Part shown: positions 20,399-30,313 of the stretch, piece after piece
Position numbering within the stretch: the first letter of the stretch is position 1
Layout: each line of letters begins with the position of its first letter
Assembly: GCA_964383935.1 (NCBI GenBank)
Contig: CAYLIE010000001.1
Location: forward strand, 11,073-75,072
From: an uncultured Anaerolineales bacterium
GTDB lineage: Bacteria > Chloroflexota > Anaerolineae > UBA7937
Length of the DNA stretch: 64,000 nucleotides
Direction: 5' to 3'
Notes under the pieces: generated by a model
Seen by the model: the letters and a program-made list of their open reading frames with translations, nothing else
Databases searched by the model: none
Told to the model about the DNA's origin: nothing
Made by a program: the position numbers and the translations under genes

Positions 20399-20402
20399 GA
20401 GT

Positions 20403-21011
20403 TTGTGGGAGGATGATGTGGAGAAGACGCCCAGCACAGACAAGAGCCTGGAGGAGTTGACGGACCGGGCTCGGCGGATGGCTCTCCGCTACGTGGAGGT
20501 GAGCCCCTATCGCCTGAACCCCGACCAGGATATCTGGGAGGGGATCGTCAAGGGTATAGGTCGACAGGCTTATACCTTCGGTTGGCCCTACTGTCCTTGA
20601 CAGGAGCGGACCGGCGATCCCGTGGAGGATCGCAAATTCATCTGTCCTTGCTACCGCCACGAACAAGATATCGCCGAGACCGGCCATTGCATCTGCCACC
20701 TCTTCGTGAGCGAGGATTATCGACCGCCGAAGATGGAGAGCCCACCTATCCGAGAGGAGGGTAGCCCCTGGCCTCGCATCGTGGTCTATGGCACATACTG
20801 GTGTAGCGACACCATCCGCACCAGGCGTTTCCTCAACCGCCATGGTGTTCCTTTCACCCTCATCGACGTGGACAAAGATCCCCAGGCAGCCCAGAGAGTG
20901 AAGGAGTGGAACCGAGGTTTCCTCTCCACCCCCACGTTGGATATCGAGGGGCATATCGTCACTGAGCCCTCGGACGAAGAGCTAGCGAGACTTCTGGGGA
21001 TAGAGGCGTAG
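20403..21011 (+). CDS. candidate selenoprotein: ferredoxin-thioredoxin reductase catalytic-subunit-like domain fused to a glutaredoxin-like domain; in-frame TGA (20598-20600) read as Sec
   Basis: ORFs 20403-20600 (...YTFGWPYCP*) and 20622-21011 (FICPCYRHEQDIAETGHCICHLF...VVYGTYWCSDTIRTRRFL...) share a frame. Reading through gives GWPYCP-U-QERTGDPVEDRKFICPC...CHC, the FTR-C pattern CPC-x15-CPC-x-CHC with the second Cys of the first CPC replaced by TGA. selB is present in the window. TTG start 20403 or GTG 20418. Confidence 0.55.
20614..20633 (+). promoter_or_regulatory. candidate bacterial SECIS hairpin 13 nt downstream of the in-frame TGA
   Basis: GCGATCC-cgtgga-GGATCGC, 7-bp perfect stem with a GU-containing apical loop. 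Position fits the bacterial SECIS window (+11 to +37 from UGA). Confidence 0.45.
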
Positions 21012-21072
21012 GTTCTTGGGAGAGGTGAAAGTGGTGGTTTAGTAGTCCGTCTGAGGGTCAGAAGGGAGGCCT

Positions 21073-21942
21073 TTGATGCAGATAGATTTCTTTAGCCTAC
21101 TATGGATCGTCTTCATTATCATGACCTTGATCCCGGCCATCAACCGCAGGCTCGTAGAGAGGAGCCGGCAACGGTTGATGCGGGCCATGGAGGAGAAGCG
21201 AGGATCGAGGCTCATCACCCTCATCCATCGCCAAGAGGCCTTGAGTTTCTTGGGGATAGCCTTCTCTAGGTACATAGACATCGAGGACTCGGAGCAGGTT
21301 CTGCGGGCTATCCGCCTCACCCCCGAGGATCTGCCTATAGACATCGTCCTCCATACCCCGGGAGGCTTGGTCTTGGCTGCGGAGCAGATCGCCCACGGCC
21401 TGGTGAAGCATAAGGCCAAGGTCACGGTTTTTGTGCCCCATTACGCCATGTCGGGAGGGACTTTCGTGGCCTTGGCGGCGGATGAGATTGTGATGGAGGA
21501 GAACGCCGTTCTGGGCCCCGTCGATCCTCAGTTGGGGAAATACCCTGCCGCTTCCATCCTCACCGTCTCCGAGGTTAAGGATATAAACGAGATGGACGAT
21601 GAAACCCTCATCCTCTCCGATATGGCTCGCAAAGCCCAGAAACAGGTGCACGCGTGTCTGGTGGAGATCCTTGTGGCCAACGATATGCCTCAGGATAAGG
21701 CGGAGAAGATAGCCACGACCCTAAGTTGTGGCCAGTGGACCCATGACTACCCCATCACCTTTGAAGAGGCGAAGGAACTGGGGTTACCTGTCTCCTCCGA
21801 CCTGCCGAACGAGGTCTATCAATTGATGGAACTTTTCCCCCAGGCAGCAGGCCGGCGACCCTCGGTGGAGTATATCCCTCTCCCCTACCGCCGCGAAGAA
21901 CCGCCAGAGAAGCAGAAGGGCCAGAGTTGGAGATACTCTTAG
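21073..21942 (+). CDS. SDH-family / ClpP-SppA-fold serine protease-like protein (S49-like)
   Basis: N-terminal TM segment, then 'IVLHTPGGLVLAAEQIAHGL' and 'HYAMSGGTFVALAADEIVM', typical of the Clp/S49 fold. Confidence 0.55.
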   Translation: MMQIDFFSLLWIVFIIMTLIPAINRRLVERSRQRLMRAMEEKRGSRLITLIHRQEALSFLGIAFSRYIDIEDSEQVLRAIRLTPEDLPIDIVLHTPGGLVLAAEQIAHGLVKHKAKVTVFVPHYAMSGGTFVALAADEIVMEENAVLGPVDPQLGKYPAASILTVSEVKDINEMDDETLILSDMARKAQKQVHACLVEILVANDMPQDKAEKIATTLSCGQWTHDYPITFEEAKELGLPVSSDLPNEVYQLMELFPQAAGRRPSVEYIPLPYRREEPPEKQKGQSWRYS

Positions 21943-22616
21943 ATTTCGACTTGGAGTTGGAAACCTCTCGCATCCTGGAGCTCCTGGGCGGCACGACCCT
22001 AAAGGAGGAGCGCTATCTACAAGTGATCCAGGGGATGATCCATCGGGCCCGGGGACTCCTGGAGCCGGTGATCCTCTACGACCTCTTCTCCGTGGAGGAG
22101 ATACACCCTGGAGAGGTGGTGTTGAAAGAGGCGAGACTGAGGAGCAAGGGGCTGGCCAAACTTTGGGTTCAGGCCCGTGAGATAGCCTTGATCCTCTGCA
22201 CCATCGGGCCGGCCCTGGATGAGCAGGTCTCCGCCTACTTCATCGCCTCCGACCCCCTTGGGGGCCTGGTCCTAGATGCTATAGGGACCGCCGCCCTCGA
22301 GGAGTTGGCGGAGGAAGCTTGCCGCCTCATAGCGGAGATAGCCAAGGAGAAGGGTTGGGAGGCCAGCGCCCCCCTCAGCCCGGGGAACCTGGATTGGGAT
22401 CTAGAGGAGCAGCGAGTCTTCTTCGCTCTCTTGCCCGCAGAGGGGATAGGGCTCCGGTTAAAGGAGAGTTACCAGATGACCCCTCTGAAATCGCTCTCCC
22501 TGGCCATGGGGCTGGGAGAGGAGGTTCTTCCTTCCATAGAGGAGTCACCCTGCGCCTACTGCTCCTTGGGTGGGAGGTGTAGATATCGCCGAGAGATAGA
22601 GCCCCTTCCAAGGTAG
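21927..22616 (+). CDS. methionine synthase B12 activation-domain-like protein
   Basis: 229 aa. Motif 'YQMTPLKSLSLAMGLG' resembles the M.P..S.SG..F signature of the MetH activation domain. TTG start overlapping the previous gene's end. Confidence 0.4.
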   Translation: MEILLDFDLELETSRILELLGGTTLKEERYLQVIQGMIHRARGLLEPVILYDLFSVEEIHPGEVVLKEARLRSKGLAKLWVQAREIALILCTIGPALDEQVSAYFIASDPLGGLVLDAIGTAALEELAEEACRLIAEIAKEKGWEASAPLSPGNLDWDLEEQRVFFALLPAEGIGLRLKESYQMTPLKSLSLAMGLGEEVLPSIEESPCAYCSLGGRCRYRREIEPLPR

Positions 22617-22656
22617 GAAGGGGCATCTTATATGGCAGGGTTAGGAGAGGTTTTAA

Positions 22657-23043
22657 CTAGGCCGGCTGTTTCGCCTTCTGCTTTTCCAAGTAATCCTCAA
22701 TGGCCGCATGGATGGCATCGGCCGCCAGGTTAGAGCAGTGCATCTTGATGGGGGGAAGGCCGTCCAAAGCCTCGGCTACCGCTTTGTTAGTTATCTCCAT
22801 CGCCTCTTCTATAGTTTTCCCCTTCACCATCTCCGTAGCCATGGAACTAGTGGCGATAGCCGCCCCACAGCCGAAGGTGCGGAATTTGATATCCGCTATG
22901 CGGTCATCTTTTACCTTGATGAAGATCTCCATCAGGTCGCCACAGACGGGGTTCCCTTCTTTCCCCACACCATCTGGATCTTCTATTACCCCCACATTGT
23001 GGGGGTTCATAAAATGCTCCATCACCTTTTCAGAGTACATCAA
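22657..23043 (-). CDS. nifU: Fe-S cluster assembly scaffold NifU/IscU
   Basis: MMYSEKVMEHFMNPHNVG...NPVCGDLMEIFIKV...FGCGAAIATSS...HCSNLAADAI, the three conserved Cys of IscU-type scaffolds. Confidence 0.85.
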   Translation of the reverse strand: MMYSEKVMEHFMNPHNVGVIEDPDGVGKEGNPVCGDLMEIFIKVKDDRIADIKFRTFGCGAAIATSSMATEMVKGKTIEEAMEITNKAVAEALDGLPPIKMHCSNLAADAIHAAIEDYLEKQKAKQPA

Positions 23044-23064
23044 GAGGGTTCCTTTCTCCCTAGT

Positions 23065-24240
23065 TTACGGAGCCGTGGTGTAGAGGGGTGACATGGAACG
23101 GAGCCGCTCCACTATCCCCGGCAAGAGTTCCAGTAGATAGCCCACATCCTTCTCGCTGTTCTCGTGGCCCAGGGTGAGGCGTAAAGAGCCATGGGCTACC
23201 TCGGGAGGGATGCCCATGGCCAAAAGGACGTGGGAGGGCTCCAGGGAGGCCGAGGTACAGGCGGAACCGCTGGAAGCGGCTATGCCCATCATATCCAAGC
23301 CCAGAAGCATCCCTTCCCCCTCTACGTAATTTATGGTAAAACTGGCGTTATTGGGCAGCCTCTCTTTAGGGTGACCGGTCAACTGGGTGTCCGGGATGGA
23401 GGAGAGGATGTCCTCGATTAAGCGGTCTCGGAGGGCTACGAGTTTGCGATTGTTCTCCTCCCGGTGCTCTTGGGCCAACTTGAGCGCCGTGGCCAACCCC
23501 ACGATGCCGGCCACGTTCTCCGTACCCGCCCGTCGGTTCAGTTCATGGGACCCGCCGGTCTGGGTGGGGAGAAGCCGCACTCCTCGCCGCAGGTAGAGAA
23601 CCCCCACCCCCTTGGGCCCGTAGAGCTTGTGGGCCGAAAGCGAGAGAAGATCTGCCTTAAGGGCTTTTACATCTAGGTCTAGGGCTCCTCCCGCCTGGAC
23701 GGCGTCGGTGTGGAAGGGTATCTTGTGGGCTCGAGCGATCTCCCCTATCTCGGCGATGGGCTCGATGGTCCCCACCTCGTTGTTGGCATACATAATGGTG
23801 ATGAGGATCGTCTTTTCGGTGATAGCTTTCTCCACATCGGCGGGATCGACACGGCCGTACTTATCTACCGGCAGATAAGTGACCTGAAAGCCAAAATGCC
23901 TCTCCAGTTGCTCGCAGGTGTGACCCACGGCGTGGTGCTCGATGGAAGAGGTGATGATATGGTTCCCCTTGCCCCGGTCCATGAAGGCTATACCTCGGAT
24001 GGCCAAATTATCGCTCTCCGAGCCGCAACTGGTGAAAACTATCTCTCTGGAAGTGCAGTTTAAGATCTGGGCCACATCGGCCCGGGCCTCATCTATCGCT
24101 TTGCGTGCCTCCTGTCCTAGGCGATAGACGCTGGAGGCGTTGCCGTACCCCTCGGTGAGGTAGGGGAGCATAGCCTCCACCACCCGGGGGTCCACCGGGG
24201 TGGTAGCCGCATGATCCATATATACCGTACGCTTGGCCAT
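23065..24240 (-). CDS. nifS: cysteine desulfurase (NifS/IscS family)
   Basis: PLP-dependent class V pattern with active-site loop 'SSGSACTS'. 391 aa. Confidence 0.85.
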   Translation of the reverse strand: MAKRTVYMDHAATTPVDPRVVEAMLPYLTEGYGNASSVYRLGQEARKAIDEARADVAQILNCTSREIVFTSCGSESDNLAIRGIAFMDRGKGNHIITSSIEHHAVGHTCEQLERHFGFQVTYLPVDKYGRVDPADVEKAITEKTILITIMYANNEVGTIEPIAEIGEIARAHKIPFHTDAVQAGGALDLDVKALKADLLSLSAHKLYGPKGVGVLYLRRGVRLLPTQTGGSHELNRRAGTENVAGIVGLATALKLAQEHREENNRKLVALRDRLIEDILSSIPDTQLTGHPKERLPNNASFTINYVEGEGMLLGLDMMGIAASSGSACTSASLEPSHVLLAMGIPPEVAHGSLRLTLGHENSEKDVGYLLELLPGIVERLRSMSPLYTTAP

Positions 24241-24243
24241 CTT

Positions 24244-25173
24244 TCAGACTCCTTCGAAAAGTTCGGTGCTTAGATACCTTTCCCCTGTATCGGGCAGGAC
24301 TGCGACGATCAGTTTGCCTTTGTTCTCTGGCCTCTTGGCTACCTCTAAGGCGGCGAAGGCGGCAGCGCCAGAGGAGATACCTGCCAGGATCCCTTCCTCC
24401 TTGGCTAGCCGCCGAGCCATGGTTGCGGCATCCTCGTTTTTTACCTGGAAGACCTCGTCTACGAGGTCCAATTGTAAGACGTCGGGGACGAAGCCAGCAC
24501 CTATCCCTTGGATAGGGTGGGGCCCTGGCTCTCCGCCCGAGAGGACCGGGGAGGCGGCTGGCTCCACGGCGATGGCCTTGAAGTTGGGTTTGAGAGGTTT
24601 TATCACCTCCGCCACGCCGGTGATGGTTCCTCCTGTTCCCACGCCGACCACGACAATATCTACTTTCCCCTCGGTATCCTCCCAGATCTCTTTAGCCGTG
24701 GTTCGGCGATGGATCTCCGGGTTGGCTGGGTTCTTGAACTGCTGGGGGATGAAATACCTGGGATCCCGGGCCGCTAACTCTTCGGCCTTCCTTACCGCCC
24801 CGGGCATCCCTTCGGCTCCGGGAGTCAAGATGAGTTCCGCACCGAAAGCCTTAAGCAACTTTCTCCGCTCTACCGTCATCGTTTCGGGCATGGTGAGAAC
24901 CAGCCTATACCCCTTTGCTGCGCAGACGAAAGCCAGAGCGATGCCCGTATTGCCGCTGGTTGGTTCCAAGATGATGGTATCCTCTTGGATGAGACCTTCC
25001 CGTTCCGCGGCCTCGATCATGCTAACTCCGATCCTGTCCTTGACGCTGGCCAAAGGGTTGAAGGACTCCAGTTTGGCAAGCACGGTGGCCTCCACCCCCC
25101 TTGTGACCTTGTTTAACCTCACGAGAGGTGTGTTGCCGATAGTTTCAGTGATATCTTCGTAGATCCTTCCCAT
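24244..25173 (-). CDS. cysK: cysteine synthase A (O-acetylserine sulfhydrylase)
   Basis: [10 protein letters not shown]...ASVKDRIG...[10 protein letters not shown], classic CysK motifs. 309 aa. Confidence 0.85.
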   Translation of the reverse strand: MGRIYEDITETIGNTPLVRLNKVTRGVEATVLAKLESFNPLASVKDRIGVSMIEAAEREGLIQEDTIILEPTSGNTGIALAFVCAAKGYRLVLTMPETMTVERRKLLKAFGAELILTPGAEGMPGAVRKAEELAARDPRYFIPQQFKNPANPEIHRRTTAKEIWEDTEGKVDIVVVGVGTGGTITGVAEVIKPLKPNFKAIAVEPAASPVLSGGEPGPHPIQGIGAGFVPDVLQLDLVDEVFQVKNEDAATMARRLAKEEGILAGISSGAAAFAALEVAKRPENKGKLIVAVLPDTGERYLSTELFEGV

Positions 25174-25175
25174 GC

Positions 25176-25955
25176 TCAGGCCTCACTTTCTCGCTCTATT
25201 GTCCCCTCTTGGCTAGCGAGAGCGTTCTCTAACTCCTGAACCCTCCCTTCCAAAGTGGTAATTTTCGATGCCAAGCCGTTGATCGCCTCTACTACCGGGT
25301 CGGGGAGTTTACCATGTTCCAGGGTCAGAAAGGTAGGCTCCTCAGCCCCTTCTCCCTTCACCACCCTTCCGGGCACGCCCACCACCGTCGCTCCTGGGGA
25401 CACGGGTTTAACCACTACTGAGCCAGAGCCGATCTTGGCATGGTCCCCGATGGTAACGGCTCCCAAGACGATGGCATCCGACCCCAGAACCACACAATTC
25501 CCGATGGTGGGGTGGCGCTTTGTCTTCCTCAGAGATGTCCCTCCCAATACCACCCCTTTATACATGAGGACATCGTCGCCAATCTCCGCCGTCTCCCCGA
25601 TCACTATACCCATCCCGTGGTCGATGAAGAGTCGGCGGCCGATCTTAGCCCCGGGATGGATCTCTATACCGGTAAGAAAGCGGTTGATATGGGAGAGGAG
25701 ACGGCCCCAAAAGAGCAAATTACGCTCCCAGAGGAGATGGGCTACCCGGTGCATCCAGATGGCGTGGAGGCCGGGGTAGAAGAAGAGTACCTCCAGTGTG
25801 CTTTTGGCTGCCGGATCTTTGGCGAAGACGGTGTCGATATCCTCTCGAAGCCAAGCGAGCATCTCTTGCCACCGACCTAGAACCCCTCTGGAGCGAGGAT
25901 CGCTCTCCTCGGCTGGTTCTGGGGTTAACCTTTCTACCCTGTCGCACTCGACCAT
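25176..25955 (-). CDS. cysE: serine O-acetyltransferase
   Basis: SATase N-domain followed by hexapeptide repeats [45 protein letters not shown]-terminal extension present. Confidence 0.8.
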   Translation of the reverse strand: MVECDRVERLTPEPAEESDPRSRGVLGRWQEMLAWLREDIDTVFAKDPAAKSTLEVLFFYPGLHAIWMHRVAHLLWERNLLFWGRLLSHINRFLTGIEIHPGAKIGRRLFIDHGMGIVIGETAEIGDDVLMYKGVVLGGTSLRKTKRHPTIGNCVVLGSDAIVLGAVTIGDHAKIGSGSVVVKPVSPGATVVGVPGRVVKGEGAEEPTFLTLEHGKLPDPVVEAINGLASKITTLEGRVQELENALASQEGTIERESEA

Positions 25956-25957
25956 TT

Positions 25958-26362
25958 TTACACTAACTCCGCTAAGGTGGTGGAATCCAGTATCTCGGCA
26001 ATACCGTCGTGCACCCTTTTCCAGACTACCCGCGTGGAGCAGGTTTCGCTCATCTCACAGCACTCCAACTCTACCGACTCCAATAGACACTCCACAGGAG
26101 CGATGGCTACCTCCAGGGCTCGCATTATCTCGCCCATGGTAATGGCTTCAGGCTCCTGAGCCAGGGCATAACCACCCTTAGCCCCGCGCTTGCTCCTCAC
26201 CAGGCCAGCCTTTCTCAAGGGAGCGATGATCTGTTCCAGATAGGCCAGGGAAAGGCCCTGGCGTCGTGCCACCTCGGAGAGGGAGGTATGACCCTGGCCG
26301 AAATCGCGCGCCAACTCGGCCATCACCCGAAGCCCATATTCCCCTTTAGTAGTGATGCGCAT
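25958..26362 (-). CDS. Rrf2-family transcriptional regulator (IscR/CymR-like)
   Basis: [18 protein letters not shown]...[41 protein letters not shown] plus a C-terminal Cys triad (ECCEMSETC). First gene of the cysE-cysK-nifS-nifU operon. Confidence 0.8.
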   Translation of the reverse strand: MRITTKGEYGLRVMAELARDFGQGHTSLSEVARRQGLSLAYLEQIIAPLRKAGLVRSKRGAKGGYALAQEPEAITMGEIMRALEVAIAPVECLLESVELECCEMSETCSTRVVWKRVHDGIAEILDSTTLAELV

Positions 26363-26429
26363 AATTAATTCCTAGTAAAATAGTCGGAAATAATAATACC
26401 ATATTTGGTCTTATTTGTCAAGAGTGATC

Positions 26430-26458
26430 TTGACAGAGCCTAGAAAATGTAGTAGAAT
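26430..26458 (+). promoter_or_regulatory. consensus sigma70-type promoter for the 26537 gene, in the divergent AT-rich intergenic region
   Basis: TTGACA (26430-35), 17-nt spacer, TAGAAT (26453-58). An adjacent near-palindrome TTGTCAAG-n5-CTTGACAG (26415-26436) could be an operator. Confidence 0.55.
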
Positions 26459-26536
26459 TTAATTAGACCTTTCGCCGGTGTGGGGTGTTATACCCCACCT
26501 TTTTTGGAGATTATGTTTTTAGAGGTGATGGAGTAG

Positions 26537-26881
26537 ATGAAGACGGTCTATTTCAGGAGCGAATTGCTTTTCCCTCACGAGTGCGTCTCTGACCTGATGG
26601 ATATAAGGGACGGGAAGTGGCAGAAGTTAGTAGCCCGAGTGGCCTCCTTGCCGGACACCCATGAGGATAGTCTAGCCTTCTCCTTGATGATGATTAGGCT
26701 TTGTGGCTGCCTCAGGTGCAACCCAGGTAGTTATAAGGCCTCGTTGGGCTGCTCTGATTGCGCTCGACGGATGATCGGTATGCTCAAGCAATCGGACATG
26801 AAACTTATAGAGCGTTTTCGTCGGGCGAAGGAGGATGTCCGGCGCTATCTAGCGGGTGAGATGATGGAGATTCTGGAGTAG
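26537..26881 (+). CDS. Cys-rich hypothetical protein (putative zinc-binding), low-GC stand-alone transcription unit
   Basis: 114-aa ORF with LCGCLRCNPG...LGCSDCARR. Own consensus promoter and a textbook intrinsic terminator. GC about 47%. Confidence 0.5.
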   Translation: MKTVYFRSELLFPHECVSDLMDIRDGKWQKLVARVASLPDTHEDSLAFSLMMIRLCGCLRCNPGSYKASLGCSDCARRMIGMLKQSDMKLIERFRRAKEDVRRYLAGEMMEILE

Positions 26882-26900
26882 CGGGTTCTTCAAAGGGTGT

Positions 26901-26935
26901 GAGCCGCCTATCGTATGAGAGGCGGCTCTTTTTTT
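26901..26935 (+). terminator. rho-independent terminator
   Basis: GAGCCGCCT-atcgtatgag-AGGCGGCTC followed by TTTTTTT. Confidence 0.8.
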
Positions 26936-27111
26936 GGCTTCCCGCTCGCTCGTCTCGGTGATATAATGAATTGGAGGAAGAGGAAGAAGGCCGACATCCT
27001 TATCTTGGAGACCTCCGACTACCGGGATTTGGCCTATCGCTTCGGTGGCAACCTGGTGGCCGGGGCCTTCAAGGGAGGTCGATCTGTCTGGCCCCAGGAG
27101 GTTGACTGACC

Positions 27112-27768
27112 TTGCGAATCGACCTCCACGTGCACACCGCCTATTCCTACGATTGCTGGATGTCCCCTCAGGCGGTGATGAGGGCCGTGCAGCGGAATAA
27201 CAAGGTAGACGCCATCGCCGTCCTGGACCATGACGAAATAGAAGGGGCCCTTAGGCTGGCCGAGGTCGCCCCCTTTCCGGTGATAGTGGGGGAGGAGGTG
27301 CTCACCAAAGAGGGAGAGATAGGGGGGATATTCCTTAAGGAGAGGATCCCTCCAGGGCTGCCTCTAAAAGAGACGGTGGATAGGATCAAGGAGCAAGGGG
27401 GGCTGGTATATGCCACCCACCCTCTGGCTCGGGATGTGCCCAAGAGCGTGGGGCGCGAGGCTCTGGAGTCGATCATAGATAGGATAAATATCATCGAAGG
27501 TTTCAACGCTCGCATCCGGCATAAATCCGATAACGAAGAGGCGAAAGAGATAGCCCAAAGGCACGGCATCGCCGTGGCCGCAGGGAGCGATGCCCATTTC
27601 CCCTGGGAGATCGGGCGAGCAGGTATCGAGATAGCCCCCTCCTCTACCCCCCAAGAGTTCTTAGAAAACCTCCGTCAGGCCCGAATATTTGGCCGGCGAA
27701 CTCCTTATATCTTCGCCGGCCTCACATACATCATCTGGTGTGCTCATAGGTTTCTAAAGCGGTTATAG
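27112..27768 (+). CDS. PHP-domain metal-dependent phosphoesterase
   Basis: MRIDLHVHTAYSYD...AVLDHD...YATHP, PHP histidine/aspartate motifs. TTG start. An extended -10 (TGATATAAT near 26955) lies upstream. Confidence 0.7.
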   Translation: MRIDLHVHTAYSYDCWMSPQAVMRAVQRNNKVDAIAVLDHDEIEGALRLAEVAPFPVIVGEEVLTKEGEIGGIFLKERIPPGLPLKETVDRIKEQGGLVYATHPLARDVPKSVGREALESIIDRINIIEGFNARIRHKSDNEEAKEIAQRHGIAVAAGSDAHFPWEIGRAGIEIAPSSTPQEFLENLRQARIFGRRTPYIFAGLTYIIWCAHRFLKRL

Positions 27769-29298
27769 GCGAGTCTCCAGCAACCCCTCGATCTGAGCCA
27801 TCAGTTCCTCTGTCCTATCTTCGAAGCCTCCTATCTGCTCCTCGAAGGCTCTAGCCAGGTCCTCATCGGCGAGGGAGGTGGCGTTGGTGCGCACGTTGAG
27901 GGCTGAGCCGCGCACCGCGGCCTTCGCCATCTGGGCCGCCGTCCCTGTGTCGGGCAGGACGTTGGGGTTACCTTTCTCGGCCACGGTGAGCAAGACCTCT
28001 AAGACTTTCACCGCCCTATCGGCCACGGCCAAAGGGACGCTAGCCGCACCACGGAGGGCCATCTGAACGGCCATCGTCCGGCTCTCTTTTTCCTCTTCTG
28101 TATCCTTAGGCAGGCTGTAGGCCGCCAGCAACGCCTCGAAGGCTTGGGCATCCTCCTCGATAAAGGCGAAGAGATCCTTTTGGAGACCTCGTGCCTGTTC
28201 CAAGGCCGCCCTCATCTCCTTCTCCGCCTCGGCGTACTCCTCTTTCCCCACCGTCAATTGGCAGGCCATGCTGGCCAGGGCCGCGGCTAAAGCCCCGGAG
28301 AGGGCGGCTACGCTCCCTCCCCCCGGGGTGGGTGAAGGGCTTGCCACCTCCTCCAAGAAGGCCCTCATATCCGCTTTGGGCTCCGCTACCAGAGCCTCCT
28401 CTGGCACCTCCAGTTGCCTCTCCAGAACCTGCTCCTCGGAGAGATCTTCCAGTCGCAAATAGTATTCCGCGCTCTCTAGGAGGGCTCCCTCCGGCACCAG
28501 CCCCACGATCTCGCTTCCCACCACTGTTACCCCATACCGGGCTGCCTCTCGTCTGATCATCTCGAAAACGCGATAGAGAGGCGTCTGGTGGTAGTTGGTC
28601 ATGTTCATAGAGACTTGAGCCAGCCCCCGCTGGGCGATATAGAGCCCTAGGGCTTTCACATATCTTAGGCCTCCAGAGGAGTGGCGGATGGCTCTAGCGA
28701 TCTTTTGGGCGACCTCCACATCGTCGGCATTCAAGTAAACGTTATAGGCGATGAGAGGGTCGCGGGCTCCCACCACCGTGGCCCCGGCCTTGCCTAATTG
28801 CCGTGGGCCGTAGTCTGGCTCTCGATCCAGATCGGTCTCGATCGTCTCCTTGAGCCCCTCGTATTCGCCGCGGCGGATGTAGGCCAAATCTTTTCTCTCT
28901 GGCCTGGTGGCGGCTTTCTCATAGAGGTAGACCGGTATCGAGAGTTCGGCGCCTATCCGCTCCCCTAGCCGCCTAGCCATCTGGACGCACTCTTCCATGG
29001 TGACCCCCCTCAGGGGGATCAAGGGCACGACGTCCGTGGCGCCGACCCTAGGGTGCTCTCCCTGATGCTCTTCCATATCTATCAGTTCCGCCGCCTTTTT
29101 CACGGCCCGGAAGGCTGCCTCCTCCACCGGCTCTGGCTCGCCAGCAAAGGTCACCACGGCCCGGTTGTGATCGGCGTCCATCTGAAGATCTAAGAGTTGG
29201 GCCCCCCTAACTCCTGTGATCTCGGCCATTATTTGATCGATGACCTCTTTCCTTCTCCCTTCGCTGAAGTTGGGGACGCATTCCACGAGCCTTCGCAT
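27763..29298 (-). CDS. glutamate formimidoyltransferase / formiminotetrahydrofolate cyclodeaminase (bifunctional FTCD-like)
   Basis: N-terminal MRRLVECVPNFSEGRR...HPRVGATDVVPLIPL (formiminotransferase) and a C-terminal helical cyclodeaminase-like domain. 511 aa. Confidence 0.75.
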   Translation of the reverse strand: MRRLVECVPNFSEGRRKEVIDQIMAEITGVRGAQLLDLQMDADHNRAVVTFAGEPEPVEEAAFRAVKKAAELIDMEEHQGEHPRVGATDVVPLIPLRGVTMEECVQMARRLGERIGAELSIPVYLYEKAATRPERKDLAYIRRGEYEGLKETIETDLDREPDYGPRQLGKAGATVVGARDPLIAYNVYLNADDVEVAQKIARAIRHSSGGLRYVKALGLYIAQRGLAQVSMNMTNYHQTPLYRVFEMIRREAARYGVTVVGSEIVGLVPEGALLESAEYYLRLEDLSEEQVLERQLEVPEEALVAEPKADMRAFLEEVASPSPTPGGGSVAALSGALAAALASMACQLTVGKEEYAEAEKEMRAALEQARGLQKDLFAFIEEDAQAFEALLAAYSLPKDTEEEKESRTMAVQMALRGAASVPLAVADRAVKVLEVLLTVAEKGNPNVLPDTGTAAQMAKAAVRGSALNVRTNATSLADEDLARAFEEQIGGFEDRTEELMAQIEGLLETRL

Positions 29299-29361
29299 CG
29301 GTATCCTCCCTCCCCATGAATGGTAAAAATCATAATATCATAACAAGAGGTGATCTTCAAC

Positions 29362-29390
29362 CTTGCTTGGGGTTGACTTCTGGGTTATAA
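29362..29390 (+). promoter_or_regulatory. sigma70-type promoter for the 29422 gene
   Basis: TTGCTT, 17 nt, TATAAT (29385-90), 31 nt upstream of ATG. Confidence 0.45.
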
Positions 29391-29421
29391 TAGGCGAAAG
29401 GATCGGGAAGAAAGGTCGTTC

Positions 29422-30069
29422 ATGGCCAAACGGAGCCGCGTACTCGACCCCCAAGAGTTGGAGGGGGCCATCAATCAGGTTCAAGGTGTGGTCGCCAACC
29501 GGGTAGTCCCCGGCGATAAGGACGATCTCTCCGAGATCCATGTTATGGCCTCCACGGAGCGGGCTCCGAAGCAGATCGTCAGGGACATCGAGTCGCTGCT
29601 TTTCGTCAAGTTCGGTTTTCGAGTCGACTACCGGAAGATAAGTCTCGTCCAGTTGGGGGAGGAACAGATTTTGCCGTTGGGTCTCTCCCGTCTCAAACTT
29701 ATCTCTGTGCATTGCCAGGCCGGGCCAGTTGGCGCGGAGGCGGAGGTTCAAATCGGGAGCCCGGAAGGGTTGCATGTGGGTTTGGCCCAGGGTGAGGGGA
29801 TAGGGGAAGCGGAACTGGTAGTCCAAGCCACTCTTAACGCCCTCCAGCAGGTGGTGGGAGCCAAAGCGGAACTGGCTCTACAAGGAGTGGAGCGGTTCGA
29901 TTTGGGAGGGAGAGAGATCATAGTGGTGCAGGTCTCTTACCTCTTCCCCGCTGGCGAAGAGACCCTTTTGGGAGTTAGTTTCGTCGGAGGCGAGGGAGAG
30001 AAGGAGGCCAGCGCAAGGGCGGCCTTAGACGCTGTGAACCGCCGCCTACCGGTGATGAGACTTTCCTAA
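29422..30069 (+). CDS. hypothetical protein (two-domain, beta-rich)
   Basis: 215-aa ORF with its own promoter. No family recognised. Confidence 0.45.
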   Translation: MAKRSRVLDPQELEGAINQVQGVVANRVVPGDKDDLSEIHVMASTERAPKQIVRDIESLLFVKFGFRVDYRKISLVQLGEEQILPLGLSRLKLISVHCQAGPVGAEAEVQIGSPEGLHVGLAQGEGIGEAELVVQATLNALQQVVGAKAELALQGVERFDLGGREIIVVQVSYLFPAGEETLLGVSFVGGEGEKEASARAALDAVNRRLPVMRLS

Positions 30070-30146
30070 CCTTTCCTAGCGCTATCCCGTTACTCATCTC
30101 TTCTAATTTATAGAAAAAGGTCCTCTTTTTTAGTCCCTTTGAGGCA

Positions 30147-30175
30147 TTGACATCCTCTTCAGGATATGATAGAAT
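30147..30175 (+). promoter_or_regulatory. consensus sigma70-type promoter driving a structured leader and small ORF
   Basis: TTGACA (30147-52), 17 nt, TAGAAT (30170-75). Confidence 0.55.
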
Positions 30176-30313
30176 GCAATAGGCCGGTGAGAGGCGTGCC
30201 TGGGTGGTCTAACCTCTCCTAGGGAGGTGCAGGCGGAAGCCTGAAGCGGAGAGAAGGGGAATCTAACTTGGGCTCTTCAGGGGCCCAAAATGAGCGAAAG
30301 GAGATTCCCCGAC

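Noticed and set aside
20364-20954. 196-aa minus-strand ORF overlapping the FTR-like selenoprotein gene
   Set aside because: Antisense to a conserved-domain coding region. High-GC genomes generate long spurious antisense ORFs. No recognisable motifs.
26915-27109. 64-aa ORF between the terminator and the PHP gene
   Set aside because: Different frame from the PHP gene, whose N-terminus (MRIDLHVHT) is already complete. The ATG sits inside the putative -10. Probably non-coding leader.
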